A stretch of DNA of 64,000 nucleotides from contig CAXMWX010000003.1 in NCBI GenBank assembly GCA_963422205.2, positions 1-64,000 on the forward strand, read 5' to 3'. The stretch comes from Gammaproteobacteria bacterium (GTDB taxonomy: Bacteria; Pseudomonadota; Gammaproteobacteria; Eutrophobiales; Eutrophobiaceae). A program made the translations under genes and the position numbers. Below are positions 39,353 to 50,328 of the stretch, piece by piece; within the stretch, counting starts at the first letter, position 1, and each line of letters starts with the position of its first letter. The notes below the pieces were generated by a model that did not search any database, was not told where the DNA came from, and saw only the letters and a list, made by a program, of their open reading frames with translations.

Positions 39353-40224
39353 TCGAAGATTACTGGCCGGCACCGGCGAAGATCAATTTATTCCTGCATA
39401 TCACCGGCCAGCGCGAAGATGGCTATCACTGCCTGCAAACTGTGTTTCAATTTCTCAAGCAGCATGACCGACTGTATTTCTCGCCGCGCAAGGATGGCCG
39501 GCTGACCAGGCAGGCGAACTACTCGCCGGTTGATGAGCAGCAGGACCTGGTGATAAGAGCGGCCAGGGCCTTGCAGCAACACAGCACCTGCGGGCAGGGC
39601 GCCGATATCAGGATCGAGAAATCATTGCCCGTGGGCGGCGGGCTGGGCGGTGGCAGCTCCAATGCCGCCACCACCTTGCATGCCTTGAATGCCCTCTGGG
39701 GCCTGGGCTTGTCGGTTGATAAGCTGGCCGGGATTGGCCTGTCTTTAGGGGCGGATGTGCCGGTATTCGTGCGGGGGCGTGCTGCCTGGGCGGAGGGCGT
39801 GGGTGAGATTTTGCGCCCGATTGCGCCGCCTGAGCGGTATTATGTGATCATCTGCCCCAACTGCCATGTGATGACAGCACAGGTCTTTGCCGATCCTGAT
39901 TTGACACGTAACACACCGCCAATCACAATATGCGACTTTCTCTCAGGCAAAGGTCATAATGACTGCGAGCCGGTTGTGCGCCGTGCCTATGCACAAGTAG
40001 ACCAGGCCATGAACTGGCTGGCGCGGCGGGCCGAGGCCAGGCTCACCGGCACCGGGGCCTGTGTCTTTGCCGGTTTTAACAGCCAGCACAAGGCCGAGGA
40101 GGTACTCACCGATTTGCCGGAGAAATGGGAGGGATTTGTCACCCGGGGGCTGAATACCTCGCCTTTGCTGGAAAAGGCAGCAGGATGCCAGCACAAGACA
40201 GAGCAGATTGACGATGGGGTATAG
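39337..40224 (+). CDS. ispE: 4-diphosphocytidyl-2-C-methyl-D-erythritol kinase
   Basis: 'PAPAKINLFL', 'GGGLGGGSSNAA'. Confidence 0.97.
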   Translation: MAVRVIEDYWPAPAKINLFLHITGQREDGYHCLQTVFQFLKQHDRLYFSPRKDGRLTRQANYSPVDEQQDLVIRAARALQQHSTCGQGADIRIEKSLPVGGGLGGGSSNAATTLHALNALWGLGLSVDKLAGIGLSLGADVPVFVRGRAAWAEGVGEILRPIAPPERYYVIICPNCHVMTAQVFADPDLTRNTPPITICDFLSGKGHNDCEPVVRRAYAQVDQAMNWLARRAEARLTGTGACVFAGFNSQHKAEEVLTDLPEKWEGFVTRGLNTSPLLEKAAGCQHKTEQIDDGV

Positions 40225-40290
40225 CCAAGCTGGTAAGGCACAGGGTTTTGATCCCTGCATTCCCAGGTTCGAGTCCTGGTACCCCAGCCA
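40215..40290 (+). tRNA. tRNA-Gln (TTG)
   Basis: Cloverleaf, anticodon arm caggg-tt TTG at-ccctg, GTTCGAG T-loop, encoded CCA. Confidence 0.97.
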
Positions 40291-40315
40291 TTTAATCAGC
40301 AAGCTGAGTTAAGCC

Positions 40316-41269
40316 ATGTCACTAGCCAATCTCATGCTGTTCAGCGGCAGCGCCAACCGGCATCTGGCAGGACAGATTGCCAGCTATTTGAACCTGCCCG
40401 CCGGCAAGATCAATCTGGGGCGTTTCAGCGATGGCGAGGTGATGGTGGAGATCGCTGAGAATGTCCGGGGCCGGGATGCCTATATCCTGCAATCCCTGTG
40501 TGCCCCGACGGATGCACATTTGATCGAATTGCTGGTGATCGCCGATGCCTTGAAACGGGCATCAGCAGCCTGTATCACCGCGGTGATCCCCTATATGGGC
40601 TATGCCCGCCAGGACCGCCGGCCGCGCTCCGCCCGGGTGCCTATCACCGCCAAGGTGGTGGCGAACATGATTGGCTCGATAGGCATTAATCGGGTGCTGA
40701 CCGTGGATTTACATGCCGATCAAATCCAGGGCTTTTTTGAGATGCCGCTGGATAACGTCTATGCCTCTCCGGTGTTGCTGGGCGATATCTGGAAACATAA
40801 ATATGCCAACCAGATTGTGGTCTCGCCCGATGTAGGCGGGGTGGTACGGGCACGGGCGATTGCGAAACGGCTGGATGATACGGATCTCGCCATTATTGAT
40901 AAACGTCGGCCCAATCCGAATGAATCGGAAGTGGTAAATATCATTGGCGATATCAGCGGCAGAACCTGTGTCATTGTGGATGATCTTGTCGACACGGCGG
41001 GCACGCTTTGCAATGCGGCGGCAGCGCTCAAGGAATACGGGGCAGAGAAAGTGGTCGCTTATTGCACGCATCCGGTGTTGTCGGGTAAGGCGATTGCTAA
41101 CATCAGGCAGTCAGAACTGGACGAGTTGGTGGTCACCGATACCATTCCCCTGCAAAGCGATGCGGCCGAATGCGGCCAGGTGAGGCAGCTTAGTGTGGCA
41201 GCGATGCTGGCTGAGAGTATCCGGCGCATTTCCGAAGGGGAATCGTTAAGCTCAATGTTCGTTGATTGA
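40316..41269 (+). CDS. prs: Ribose-phosphate pyrophosphokinase
   Basis: 'FSDGE', 'YARQDRR', '[10 protein letters not shown]'. Confidence 0.98.
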   Translation: MSLANLMLFSGSANRHLAGQIASYLNLPAGKINLGRFSDGEVMVEIAENVRGRDAYILQSLCAPTDAHLIELLVIADALKRASAACITAVIPYMGYARQDRRPRSARVPITAKVVANMIGSIGINRVLTVDLHADQIQGFFEMPLDNVYASPVLLGDIWKHKYANQIVVSPDVGGVVRARAIAKRLDDTDLAIIDKRRPNPNESEVVNIIGDISGRTCVIVDDLVDTAGTLCNAAAALKEYGAEKVVAYCTHPVLSGKAIANIRQSELDELVVTDTIPLQSDAAECGQVRQLSVAAMLAESIRRISEGESLSSMFVD

Positions 41270-41385
41270 AGGCTGGTCAGTTGCCTTGCGATTATCCCAC
41301 AATCACCGGGGCTGGCTGAACGGCGCCCTACGTCCTTGTCTGCTCGCAGGCAAGGGATTTTTAACGACAAAACAGGAGTGGTTTC
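41270..41385 (+). promoter_or_regulatory. Structured leader or terminator upstream of rplY
   Basis: Hairpin ccttgtctgc/gcaggcaagg followed by ATTTTT; rplY leaders are autoregulatory in Gammaproteobacteria. Confidence 0.35.
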
Positions 41386-42048
41386 ATGCAGCAATTTGAA
41401 TTAAGCGCCGAGCGGCGTTCAGAGACCGGCAAAGGGGCAAGCCGCCGCTTGCGCCGGGCCGGTAAACTACCCGGGGTCATCTATGGGGCCGGCAAAGGCG
41501 CACAGTCTCTCACGCTGGATCATAATGCGATCGCCCACCAGCTGGAAAACGAAGCATTTTATTCCCATATCCTGACCATTAACGTGGGCGATGGCCATGA
41601 AAAAGTGGTGCTGAAAGACTTGCAACGCCACCCCTATAAACCCAGCCTGCTGCACATTGATTTCCAGCGCATTGATGAGAAGGAAAAACTCACCCTGCGC
41701 GTACCGCTGCATTTTATCAATGAAGATCAATGTATCGGCGTGAAGCAAAGCGGCGGGGTGATCAGCCATATCATGACAGAGCTGGAAGTGAATTGTCTGC
41801 CAAAGGATTTGCCGGAATATATTGACGTTGATCTGCTGCAAACCGATGTGGGCGAGAGCATTCATCTGGCCGACCTGATACTGCCAGAGGGCGTGACAAT
41901 CCATGCCTTGACACATGGCGGCGATGCTTCCCTGCCCGTTGTTGCCGTCAATCTGCCACGGGTGGTGGAGGAGGCGGCTGCCCCGGCCGCAATCGATGAG
42001 GGTGAGGCGGCGGCAGATGCAGCGGCTGATACCGGCACAAAATCATAG
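41386..42048 (+). CDS. rplY: 50S ribosomal protein L25/Ctc
   Basis: 'GKGASRRLRR', 'QRHPYK..LLHIDFQR'. Confidence 0.97.
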   Translation: MQQFELSAERRSETGKGASRRLRRAGKLPGVIYGAGKGAQSLTLDHNAIAHQLENEAFYSHILTINVGDGHEKVVLKDLQRHPYKPSLLHIDFQRIDEKEKLTLRVPLHFINEDQCIGVKQSGGVISHIMTELEVNCLPKDLPEYIDVDLLQTDVGESIHLADLILPEGVTIHALTHGGDASLPVVAVNLPRVVEEAAAPAAIDEGEAAADAAADTGTKS

Positions 42049-42114
42049 TCCAGGGATCATACTCTAAGGTGTTTAACAGCTGTTGCACTTGATTTAAATT
42101 GCAGCGCCGGGCAC

Positions 42115-42705
42115 GTGCCATCCAGGATCACATTAATCGCCGGTCTCGGTAACCCGGGTCTTGAGTATGCCAACACCCGGCATAATGCTGGCTTTTGGCT
42201 GGCTGACCGGCTTGTGCATCGCTTTCATGCCTGTTTCTCTATGGAAAAAAAATTATTCAGCGAGCTTGCCCGAATACAGACGGACGACCATGATTTACGG
42301 GTGATCAAACCACAAACATTCATGAATGAGAGCGGGCGGGCGGTAGCGGCAGCAGCAGATTATTATGCGATAAACAGCGATGAGATCCTTATCGTCCATG
42401 ATGAGATTGATCTGCCCGCAGGCATCATCAAGCTCAAACACGGCGGGGGTCACGGCGGCCATAATGGTCTTCGAAGTATCAGCCAGCATCTGCCTGATTG
42501 TGATTACTGCCGCCTGCGTATCGGTGTCAGTCATCCGGGCAGCAAACAGGACGTGACCTCACATGTGCTGGGGCGCCCGACAGCGCAGGATAAAAAACGG
42601 ATCGACTCGGCCATTCAGCGCGGGCTTGACTGCATGGATAGGATCTTGGCCGGCGACATCAGCCAGGCCATGTGCCTGCTGCACGCTGAGAAGCCCGCCG
42701 GGTAG
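42115..42705 (+). CDS. pth: Peptidyl-tRNA hydrolase
   Basis: 'GLGNPG..Y..TRHNAG', 'GGHNGLRS'. Confidence 0.97.
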   Translation: MPSRITLIAGLGNPGLEYANTRHNAGFWLADRLVHRFHACFSMEKKLFSELARIQTDDHDLRVIKPQTFMNESGRAVAAAADYYAINSDEILIVHDEIDLPAGIIKLKHGGGHGGHNGLRSISQHLPDCDYCRLRIGVSHPGSKQDVTSHVLGRPTAQDKKRIDSAIQRGLDCMDRILAGDISQAMCLLHAEKPAG

Positions 42706-42752
42706 ACCTAAGGTACGCGCCTGCCTGTACACCAATGGACAGATAGAGCGTC

Positions 42753-43844
42753 ATGGGATTTAAGTGCGGCATCGTCGGCCTGCCCAATGTGGGTAAATCC
42801 ACCTTGTTCAATGCCTTGACCAATTCCGGGATCAGCGCTGAAAATTATCCTTTTTGTACGATTGATCCGAATGTGGGCATTGTGCCGGTGCCTGATCCTC
42901 GGCTGCAACACATTGCTGATCTGGTAAACCCCGGGCAGGTCATCGCCGCACAGATGGAGTTTGTTGATATTGCCGGCCTGGTCAAGGGAGCATCGACGGG
43001 CGAGGGGCTGGGCAATCAGTTTCTGGCGCATATCCGTGAAACACAGGCCATAGCCCAGGTGGTGCGCTGTTTTACCGATGAGGATATTGTGCATGTCAGT
43101 GGCCGGGTGGATCCGCTGGCAGATGTGGAGGTAGTCAATACGGAATTATGCCTGGCCGATCAGCAGAGCCTGGAAAAAGCACAGGCGAAGGCGATAAAAC
43201 TTGCCAGGGGCGGCAGTAAAGCAGCCCGATCAAAAGCAGCAATGCTGGAGAAGGCGCTGCTGCATATTGATACCGGCAGCCCGATCCGGGCGCTGCGCTT
43301 GCCGCCGGATGAGTTAAGCCTGTTACATGATTTACAGCTATTAACAGCAAAGCCCACCCTCTACATCGCCAATGTGGATGAGGCAGAGGTTGAAGATAAC
43401 CCATGGCTGACGGCATTGCAGGACTATGCCAGGGCCGAGGGCGCCCAGGTGGTGCGTGTCTGTGCGGCGATAGAGGCGGAAATCGCCGAGTTGGAGGAGG
43501 CGGATAAAACCGATTTTCTGGCAGAGTTAGGCGTGACTGAGCCGGGTTTACACCGCATCATCCGGGCGGGGTATGACTTGCTGGGGCTACAGACTTTTTT
43601 TACCGCCGGGCCAAAGGAAGTGCGCGCCTGGACGATCAAACAAGGCGCCCGTGCGCCACAGGCGGCCAGTGCCATACACACGGATTTTGAAAAAGGGTTT
43701 ATCCGCGCAGAGGTGATCGCCTTTGCTGATTACCTGAAGTTCAAGGGCGAGCAAGGCGCCAGGGATGCCGGTCGATGGCGGCTGGAAGGCAAAGACTACC
43801 CGGTGGCCGATGGCGATGTGATGTTATTCCGTTTTAATGTATGA
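42753..43844 (+). CDS. ychF: Redox-regulated ATPase YchF
   Basis: 'GLPNVGKST', 'YPFCTIDPN', 'DIAGLV'. Confidence 0.98.
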   Translation: MGFKCGIVGLPNVGKSTLFNALTNSGISAENYPFCTIDPNVGIVPVPDPRLQHIADLVNPGQVIAAQMEFVDIAGLVKGASTGEGLGNQFLAHIRETQAIAQVVRCFTDEDIVHVSGRVDPLADVEVVNTELCLADQQSLEKAQAKAIKLARGGSKAARSKAAMLEKALLHIDTGSPIRALRLPPDELSLLHDLQLLTAKPTLYIANVDEAEVEDNPWLTALQDYARAEGAQVVRVCAAIEAEIAELEEADKTDFLAELGVTEPGLHRIIRAGYDLLGLQTFFTAGPKEVRAWTIKQGARAPQAASAIHTDFEKGFIRAEVIAFADYLKFKGEQGARDAGRWRLEGKDYPVADGDVMLFRFNV

Positions 43845-43925
43845 GCGTACAGACCGGCCGGGTTGCAGATTAATGCGGCCATAAGGCCGTGAGTTGATTG
43901 ATCTGTAATACGATTCGCCCTAAAC

Positions 43926-43964
43926 AGATCACCTGAGTAGATCACCTGGGCAAATCACCAGAGC
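43926..43964. repeat. Three tandem 13-bp repeats
   Basis: agatcacctgagt / agatcacctgggc / aaatcaccagagc. Confidence 0.7.
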
Positions 43965-43971
43965 AGACCAG

Positions 43972-44616
43972 ATGCAAATAAAAACAGACATTATTCGATT
44001 CGCCCAGTCGCTGCATGACAGCGGGCTGGGGGTTGGCAAGGCTGGCAATGTCAGCGGTCGAGGCGGGGCGGGTTATTTTATTACGCCGACTGGCATCGCC
44101 TATGAATTACTGGATGTGAACACGCTGGTGGAAATGGACTTCCAGGGGCAGCGCATCAACAGTGATTTGCTGCCTTCCAGTGAATGGCGGCTGCATCAGG
44201 ACATATACCGAGCACGATCCGAGGTGCATGGTATCGTACACACACATTCACCTTATGCCACCGCCGTTGCCTGCACCGGCCAGGACATCCCCGCCTTTCA
44301 TTACATGGTAGCGATAGCCGGCGGGAATTCCATCCGCTGTGCCGATTATGCCACGTTCGGCACCCAGACCTTGTCCGATCATGCCATGCAGGCATTGCAG
44401 GACCGGCGCGCCTGCCTGCTTGCCAACCACGGCGTGATTGCTGTCGGCCCGGATGTGGCAACGGCTTTTTATCTCGCCCGGCAAGTGGAAGAGCTGGCAA
44501 AACAGTATGTGCTCAGCCGCCAAATCGGCGAGCCGGTGTTGTTGGATGAGCAGGAGATGGCGCGTAACCTGGAGAAGTTCGCCAGCTACGGCAGGCAGAG
44601 TGCCGATGGCAGTTGA
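43972..44616 (+). CDS. Class II aldolase (FucA-like)
   Basis: 'AGNVS', 'PSSEWRLH', 'VHTHS', 'LANHG'. Confidence 0.9.
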   Translation: MQIKTDIIRFAQSLHDSGLGVGKAGNVSGRGGAGYFITPTGIAYELLDVNTLVEMDFQGQRINSDLLPSSEWRLHQDIYRARSEVHGIVHTHSPYATAVACTGQDIPAFHYMVAIAGGNSIRCADYATFGTQTLSDHAMQALQDRRACLLANHGVIAVGPDVATAFYLARQVEELAKQYVLSRQIGEPVLLDEQEMARNLEKFASYGRQSADGS

Positions 44617-45358
44617 GTTTGGACTGTGGCAGGCGGTGACCTTATTTTTAGTCGGGATCGCTGCTGGCTTTGTTAATGTGACGGCGGCCGGGGGGTCGAT
44701 GTTGAGCGTGCCGGTCATGGTGTTTATGGGCGTACCCGGGCCGGTTGCCAACGGCACCAATCGTATCGCTATCCTGGCACAGAACATCACCGCCGTTTTT
44801 ACCTTCGCCCGCCAGGGGTATGCTGATTTCAGGCTGAGCGCGCATCTGGCGCTGGCGGCCTTGCCGGGTGCTATCATCGGCGCCATGATCGGCGCCCATC
44901 TGGAGGGGGTATGGTTTAATCGCCTGCTTGCCATGATCATGATCCTTATGATGCTGTTGATGTCGATGAGGCCAACAGACCGGCAAAGCAGGCAGCGGCC
45001 AGTACGCAAACGGCTGGCGTATTTTTGTATGTTCCTTGCCGGCCTGTACGGCGGCTTCATACAAATCGGCGTGGGGTTTATCATCATGCCGGCATTGCAG
45101 CGCTGCCTGGTGCTGGATCTGGTGCGTGTGAATATGCACAAGACCTTCATCATAGGTACATACAGCATGGCCGCATTGCTGGTCTTTCACTCCCAGGTGC
45201 AGTTGCTGTGGGCCTTGGGCTTATCTCTGGCGGCGGGTAATTCGGTTGGCGCCTGGCTGAGCGCACATACACAGATAAAAAAAGGCGAGGGTTATATCCG
45301 CATCATCTTAAACAGCGTGTTGGTCGCATTTATCATCAAGCTGTTGTTTTTCAGCTAG
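44606..45358 (+). CDS. TauE/SafE-family membrane protein
   Basis: 'AGFVNVTAAGGSM', 'ANGTNR', 'GLYGGFIQIGVG'; start reassigned to MAVEF. Confidence 0.88.
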   Translation: MAVEFGLWQAVTLFLVGIAAGFVNVTAAGGSMLSVPVMVFMGVPGPVANGTNRIAILAQNITAVFTFARQGYADFRLSAHLALAALPGAIIGAMIGAHLEGVWFNRLLAMIMILMMLLMSMRPTDRQSRQRPVRKRLAYFCMFLAGLYGGFIQIGVGFIIMPALQRCLVLDLVRVNMHKTFIIGTYSMAALLVFHSQVQLLWALGLSLAAGNSVGAWLSAHTQIKKGEGYIRIILNSVLVAFIIKLLFFS

Positions 45359-45489
45359 GCGATGCTAGGGGGACAGGCACAGGCAGTAAAGCAGATGATC
45401 TGACATGCAGCCATCGGCGGCACATTATCCCGCCCTTCATGATGTATCTCATCGGCGGCATTGAATATGACGATCTGGCGAGCAGCAAC

Positions 45490-46362
45490 TCAATACCTTT
45501 TGGGTACAAACGTCTGGGTGTGCATGGCGGCGCGCTTATACCCCTTGCCCTCTTTTAATGGCGGAATCTTCGGCACCACAGGCCTTAAATCTTTATACGG
45601 GATCATGCTCAGCAGATGTGCAATGCAGTTCAGCCGGGCGCGCTTTTTATCATCCGAGGGCACCACATACCAGGGCGCCTGCGGGATGTCGGTGTGGAAG
45701 AACATTTCATCTTTGCACTTGGAATAATCCTGCCAGCGCGAGCGGGATTCCATGTCCATCGGGCTGAGTTTCCAGAATTTATGCCGCTCCAGCGCACGCG
45801 CCTTGAAGCGCCGCTCCTGCTCTATGTTACTGACTGAGAACCAGTACTTGATCAGGATGATGCCAGAGCGTATCAGGCTGCATTCAAACTCCGGACAAAA
45901 GCGCAGAAACTCCTGGCTCTCCGCATCAGTGCAAAACCCCATCACCTTCTCCACCCCGGCGCGGTTATACCAGCTTCTGTCAAACAACACGATCTCGCCG
46001 GCCGCCGGCAGATGAGTGATATAGCGCTGAAAATACCACTGCGTTTTTTCTTTTTCGGTCGGGGCCGGCAGCGCCACGACCGTACATATTCGGGGGCTCA
46101 TGTGTTGCACGATACGCTTGATAACGCCGCCTTTGCCGGCGGCATCCCGGCCCTCAAACACGACTACGATTCTGAGCCCTTTCTCTTTCACCCATTCCTG
46201 CAACTTGACCAGCTCAACCTGCAACCGAAACATCTCTTTCTCATAGAACTTCTTCGGCAGCTGCTTCTCCTGCTCGCCCCGAAGCCTGGGGTCATTCTCA
46301 TGATAGGCATCCAGTATATCGGGCATGCCATCGTTTGATTCGGTGGTTTTTTTAGTCATCAT
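45490..46362 (-). CDS. ppk2: Polyphosphate kinase 2
   Basis: 'FEGRDAAGKGG', 'FDRSWYNR', 'WKLSPMD'. Confidence 0.96.
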   Translation of the reverse strand: MMTKKTTESNDGMPDILDAYHENDPRLRGEQEKQLPKKFYEKEMFRLQVELVKLQEWVKEKGLRIVVVFEGRDAAGKGGVIKRIVQHMSPRICTVVALPAPTEKEKTQWYFQRYITHLPAAGEIVLFDRSWYNRAGVEKVMGFCTDAESQEFLRFCPEFECSLIRSGIILIKYWFSVSNIEQERRFKARALERHKFWKLSPMDMESRSRWQDYSKCKDEMFFHTDIPQAPWYVVPSDDKKRARLNCIAHLLSMIPYKDLRPVVPKIPPLKEGKGYKRAAMHTQTFVPKRY

Positions 46363-46518
46363 ACGTCTCTTTTCTATGTCGTTGTGTTGCGATCTTCAAC
46401 TGTGGCGCCCACATAGTATAGCCTAATGCCAATATATATCTCATGCCGGTGTCCAGGCGGGTTAAATGTCCATGCGGCAACATGAAGGCGATTCTCGCCG
46501 TTGTCCTTTAACTCTGGC

Positions 46519-47328
46519 TTAACTCTGGCCGAGTAGCTGCTGTAAGCACCGGCCCGGATCATCCGCCCGCATCAGTACCTCGCCGATGAGAAATACATGC
46601 ACACCATGTTTTCGCATCATCTCAATGTCCGTCCGGCGGTGAATACCGCTCTCCGTGACCACGGTGCGATCAGGATAGACATCGATTAGCAAGTCCAGCG
46701 TCCTCTGCAAAGAGGTTTCAAATGTATGCAGGTTGCGATTATTGATGCCGATCAGGGGCGAGCGCAGCATCATCGCCCGTTCCAGCTCTTCACGATCATG
46801 CACCTCCAGCAACACATCCAGCCCCAGCGCCTCGGCCAGGCCGTGCAACTCCTGCATCTGCCCATCGGTCAGCGCGGCAACGATCAGCAGGATAGCATCG
46901 GCACCCATCACCCGGGCCTCATACACCTGATAGGGATCGATGATAAAATCCTTGCGTAATACGGGCAGCCCCGCCGCTTGCTTGGCTTGGGTTAAATACG
47001 CATCGCTGCCCTGGAAAAATTTCTCATCCGTCAAGACAGACAGGCAGACAGCCCCGCCCTTATGATAAGAGTTGGCGATGGCAACAGGGTCGAAATTCTC
47101 CCTGATGATCCCCCTGCTGGGAGAGGCTTTTTTAAGCTCGGCTATCACGGCGACATGCCCCTGCCGCACCTGGCCGCTGATCGCCCGATAAAAGCCCAAG
47201 GTCGGCTCGGCATCCGCCGACTGCTGTTTTATATCTTGCAAGCTGATGTTTAACTGCCTGGCGGCGATCACTTCTTTTTTGCAGACCAGGATATCCTGCA
47301 ACATGTCATGGCTTGCAGATGTGGGCAT
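46519..47328 (-). CDS. trpC: Indole-3-glycerol phosphate synthase
   Basis: '[10 protein letters not shown]', 'LRKDF', 'GINNRNL'. Confidence 0.97.
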   Translation of the reverse strand: MPTSASHDMLQDILVCKKEVIAARQLNISLQDIKQQSADAEPTLGFYRAISGQVRQGHVAVIAELKKASPSRGIIRENFDPVAIANSYHKGGAVCLSVLTDEKFFQGSDAYLTQAKQAAGLPVLRKDFIIDPYQVYEARVMGADAILLIVAALTDGQMQELHGLAEALGLDVLLEVHDREELERAMMLRSPLIGINNRNLHTFETSLQRTLDLLIDVYPDRTVVTESGIHRRTDIEMMRKHGVHVFLIGEVLMRADDPGRCLQQLLGQS

Positions 47329-47344
47329 GATGATTCCAGTTCGA

Positions 47345-48382
47345 TTATTCTAAAGCCAGGGTATTTGACAGTGTCACCAGCTGCTGCAACCTGGCCTTGG
47401 CCGCACCTGAGGCAAGTACCTCATCGGCCAGCACCACACCGGCATTAAGGTCATCACACAGCCCGGCCAGATAGATCGCCGCCGCGGCGTTCAACACGAC
47501 GATGTCGCGGCAGGGGCCGGGATCGTTATTCAGCACAGCCTGCATCACGCTATGACTGTGCTCGGCACCATCAACGATCAGAGCCTGCCTGATTATCTTC
47601 CTGTCCGTCAGGCCAAAGCCAAACCGGGCGGGATCGAGCGCATACTCGCTGATGGTATCATCTTTTAATTCAGCCACCCTGGTCGTCGCACACACACTGA
47701 TCTCATCCATGCCATCGGCAGCGCATACCACCATGGCATGACAACTGCCCAGTTGTTGTAATACTTCGGCCAGCGGGCGCACCAGTTCCTCACTGTAGAC
47801 GCCAACGAGTTGACGCTTGACCCGCGCCGGATTGGTCAGCGGGCCGAGTACATTAAAGATCGTGCGTATGGCCAACTCGGCGCGCGGGCCGGCGGCATGG
47901 CGCATCGCCGGATGATGCTTGGGCGCGAAGATGAAGCCGATGCCCAACTCCACAATGCAACGGGCGATGCCCTCCGGCGGCAGGTCTATGTTGACGCCGG
48001 CCTGTTGCAATACATCGGCGCTGCCGGAGCGGCTGGAGACAGCGCGGTTGTTATGCTTGGCGATGCGACCACCGGCTGCGGCAATGACAAACGCTGCTGT
48101 GGTGGAGATATTAAACGACTGGCTGCCATCACCGCCGGTGCCAACGATGTCCACCAGATTCGTATCGGCCACGCTGACCGGGGTGGCAAAGTCACGCATG
48201 ACAGCAGCAGCAGCAGCAATCTCCGTCACTGTCTCGCCCTTCATCCGCAAGGCGATCAGGAAACCAGCAATCTGCGCCTCGGTCGCCTCGCCCGACATGA
48301 TCGCCCGCATAACGGCCTGCATCTGCCCCTGTTGCAGATCATAACCATCGACAAGCAGCGCTATGGCCTGTTGTATGTTCAT
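47345..48382 (-). CDS. trpD: Anthranilate phosphoribosyltransferase
   Basis: 'DIVGTGGDG', 'FNIST', 'SGSADVL'. Confidence 0.97.
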   Translation of the reverse strand: MNIQQAIALLVDGYDLQQGQMQAVMRAIMSGEATEAQIAGFLIALRMKGETVTEIAAAAAVMRDFATPVSVADTNLVDIVGTGGDGSQSFNISTTAAFVIAAAGGRIAKHNNRAVSSRSGSADVLQQAGVNIDLPPEGIARCIVELGIGFIFAPKHHPAMRHAAGPRAELAIRTIFNVLGPLTNPARVKRQLVGVYSEELVRPLAEVLQQLGSCHAMVVCAADGMDEISVCATTRVAELKDDTISEYALDPARFGFGLTDRKIIRQALIVDGAEHSHSVMQAVLNNDPGPCRDIVVLNAAAAIYLAGLCDDLNAGVVLADEVLASGAAKARLQQLVTLSNTLALE

Positions 48383-50061
48383 GCCAGGGTCGGTTGGGGT
48401 GAGCGAAGATTATCAGCAGGCATTTTCCCGGCCCGATACGTTCCATCTATTGCCTCCAACCCAAGATACGCCAGCAGGGACGGGTTTGACGGCTGTTTGA
48501 TATTGTTAAGGTAATCCAGATAAATCGGTATGCACTCCAGATGGGAGCGCAGTATCTTGTGTGTATTGAATAATTTTTTATGCAGCCAGTTGATCACATC
48601 CAGATTAAAGTATTCCACCAGCTTGCGGGTTTTCACCAAACGCTGCTCATCAATAATGAGCATGTTGGCACTGTTTAAGATAAACCGCTGTTGCTCATCA
48701 CAGAAGAACACAAGATCAGAAGAGATGAAGCGGTAGATGATTTTGCAGGGTGCCTGATACAGCGTGAGCGGTGCCACCTGTTGGTATAGGGAAAAATCTG
48801 GCTGGAGGTAATGCGTGGGCTTTTTGATTCTGCCTTTGCCAATATCCGCCCCCTTAAACACGGGGACAAAGCCTGCTTGCGGATGCTCGACAAGATGTTT
48901 TTTATTGTTGCCGGTCACAATGCCCAGTCCCCATCTGGCCTTGTCTTTAAGCGTGGTGTGTGGTTGTTTGAGCATGAGCGCCAGCGCATCGGCTTCCGTT
49001 TCCCTGATGTCGAAATTGATAATCGAGAAGGGGTTGTTTGCAAAAGTTGTTTGTCTGTGGGCGGTTGATTTTTCCCCTGAAAGACAATTTATTTTGTTCC
49101 CGAAGGCGGCCACCTTTTTGGAAAAAACAATAGCACTCGCCTTGGTCACGAGGCCCTCAAATGCTTTGCCAAAGTCAATCAACCATGCGATGTTCTGGGC
49201 TAATACGATGTTGCGAATCTCGTGAAATGACTTCACGTTAAAAAATGATTCGGGCAACAACAGCCCTATCTTTCCGTTTTCCTGGACAGATTTTAACATG
49301 GCCATCGTAAATAACGCACAAGAATCAAACGACTGCTGCAAGCCAAACCTTTTGGACAAGACCTGCCTTTGATTCTTAAAATATTTTTTACCCCAGGGCG
49401 GGTTGGTGATAAGCACATCGTATCTTGCAGCATCGGTCAGGGACAGGAAATCAGCAACCCGCAAATTTTCCCCCTTGTACCCGCTGCGATCAAACAGGCG
49501 CCGCCTAGCGATTTCCAGTGCTACCGTATCCACCTCATAGCCGGTGAGATGGCGAGGCGACACACCGGCTTCCAGGGCAGCGATTAAAAAATTACCGCTG
49601 CCGCAACACGGATCACAAAATCGGGTTTTTTGATTTAAATCCGCCTTTGCAATCAAGTCCCGACATAATGCCATGGGCGTGTAGTAGACGCCTTGCTTGT
49701 TTTTATACGTATTTGAAAGCACATCCTCATACGCCTGTGCCAGTCGGTCGCCATGGTTTTTATCCGCCGGATTGTGCCAGACCTTGTTAAAAATTTCCGC
49801 CGCCAGCGGTGCATGATCGTGCATTTGAGCATGCTGTTTATTGGCCCTGGCGATGAGCTTCTCATGACCGACAATGTCCTGACAGAATTTCTCGAATGAT
49901 TGTTTTTTCAGGTAGCCTTTGTATTCCGATTTCTCCAGATACCCGGCTTTTATCCAGTTGACTATCGAGGCATGAGAGACGTTGAGCAATGCAGTCGCCT
50001 CGGTATAAGAAAGCAGATCAGCATGGGCGATGGGATGCTTAAAAAAAAATTTCTGCTGCAT
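48379..50061 (-). CDS. N6-adenine DNA methyltransferase with N-terminal HTH and TaqI-like C-terminal domain (VspI-like)
   Basis: 'GVYYTP', 'DPCCGSGNF', 'TNPPWG', 'LGIVTGNN'; resembles recalled M.VspI-type enzymes; start reassigned to 50061. Confidence 0.85.
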   Translation of the reverse strand: MQQKFFFKHPIAHADLLSYTEATALLNVSHASIVNWIKAGYLEKSEYKGYLKKQSFEKFCQDIVGHEKLIARANKQHAQMHDHAPLAAEIFNKVWHNPADKNHGDRLAQAYEDVLSNTYKNKQGVYYTPMALCRDLIAKADLNQKTRFCDPCCGSGNFLIAALEAGVSPRHLTGYEVDTVALEIARRRLFDRSGYKGENLRVADFLSLTDAARYDVLITNPPWGKKYFKNQRQVLSKRFGLQQSFDSCALFTMAMLKSVQENGKIGLLLPESFFNVKSFHEIRNIVLAQNIAWLIDFGKAFEGLVTKASAIVFSKKVAAFGNKINCLSGEKSTAHRQTTFANNPFSIINFDIRETEADALALMLKQPHTTLKDKARWGLGIVTGNNKKHLVEHPQAGFVPVFKGADIGKGRIKKPTHYLQPDFSLYQQVAPLTLYQAPCKIIYRFISSDLVFFCDEQQRFILNSANMLIIDEQRLVKTRKLVEYFNLDVINWLHKKLFNTHKILRSHLECIPIYLDYLNNIKQPSNPSLLAYLGLEAIDGTYRAGKMPADNLRSPQPTLA

Positions 50062-50328
50062 TGATGTCTTCGGGTAAGGGGCTGGATAAACCGCCCCGGC
50101 TTGGTTGACAAGACGGCAGGATATTATCACACCAATACCGTATTTCAATGGATTAGCGTGTTGCACAGCAGCCTCCCGACGCCTTGCCTGCCATGTCGAT
50201 AAAGTCTCGCCAGTGAGTGATTGAGGATTGGGGTCGATCGCCATTTACAGGCATGACTGCGGTCGCCGGGGCTAACTCTACCATGCAGGTTTTCAAACAA
50301 AACAGGGGTGCTGGAATTTTTTATACTA

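Noticed and set aside
43926-43964. CRISPR-like repeats
   Set aside because: 13-bp units with no spacers.
44248-45168. 306-aa minus-strand ORF and other long antisense ORFs (e.g. 21200-22054, 47810-48514)
   Set aside because: Shadow frames of well-supported genes in GC-rich DNA, with no recognisable motifs.
46508-46529. 11-bp duplication TTAACTCTGGC at the trpC stop
   Set aside because: Simple local duplication with no associated element.
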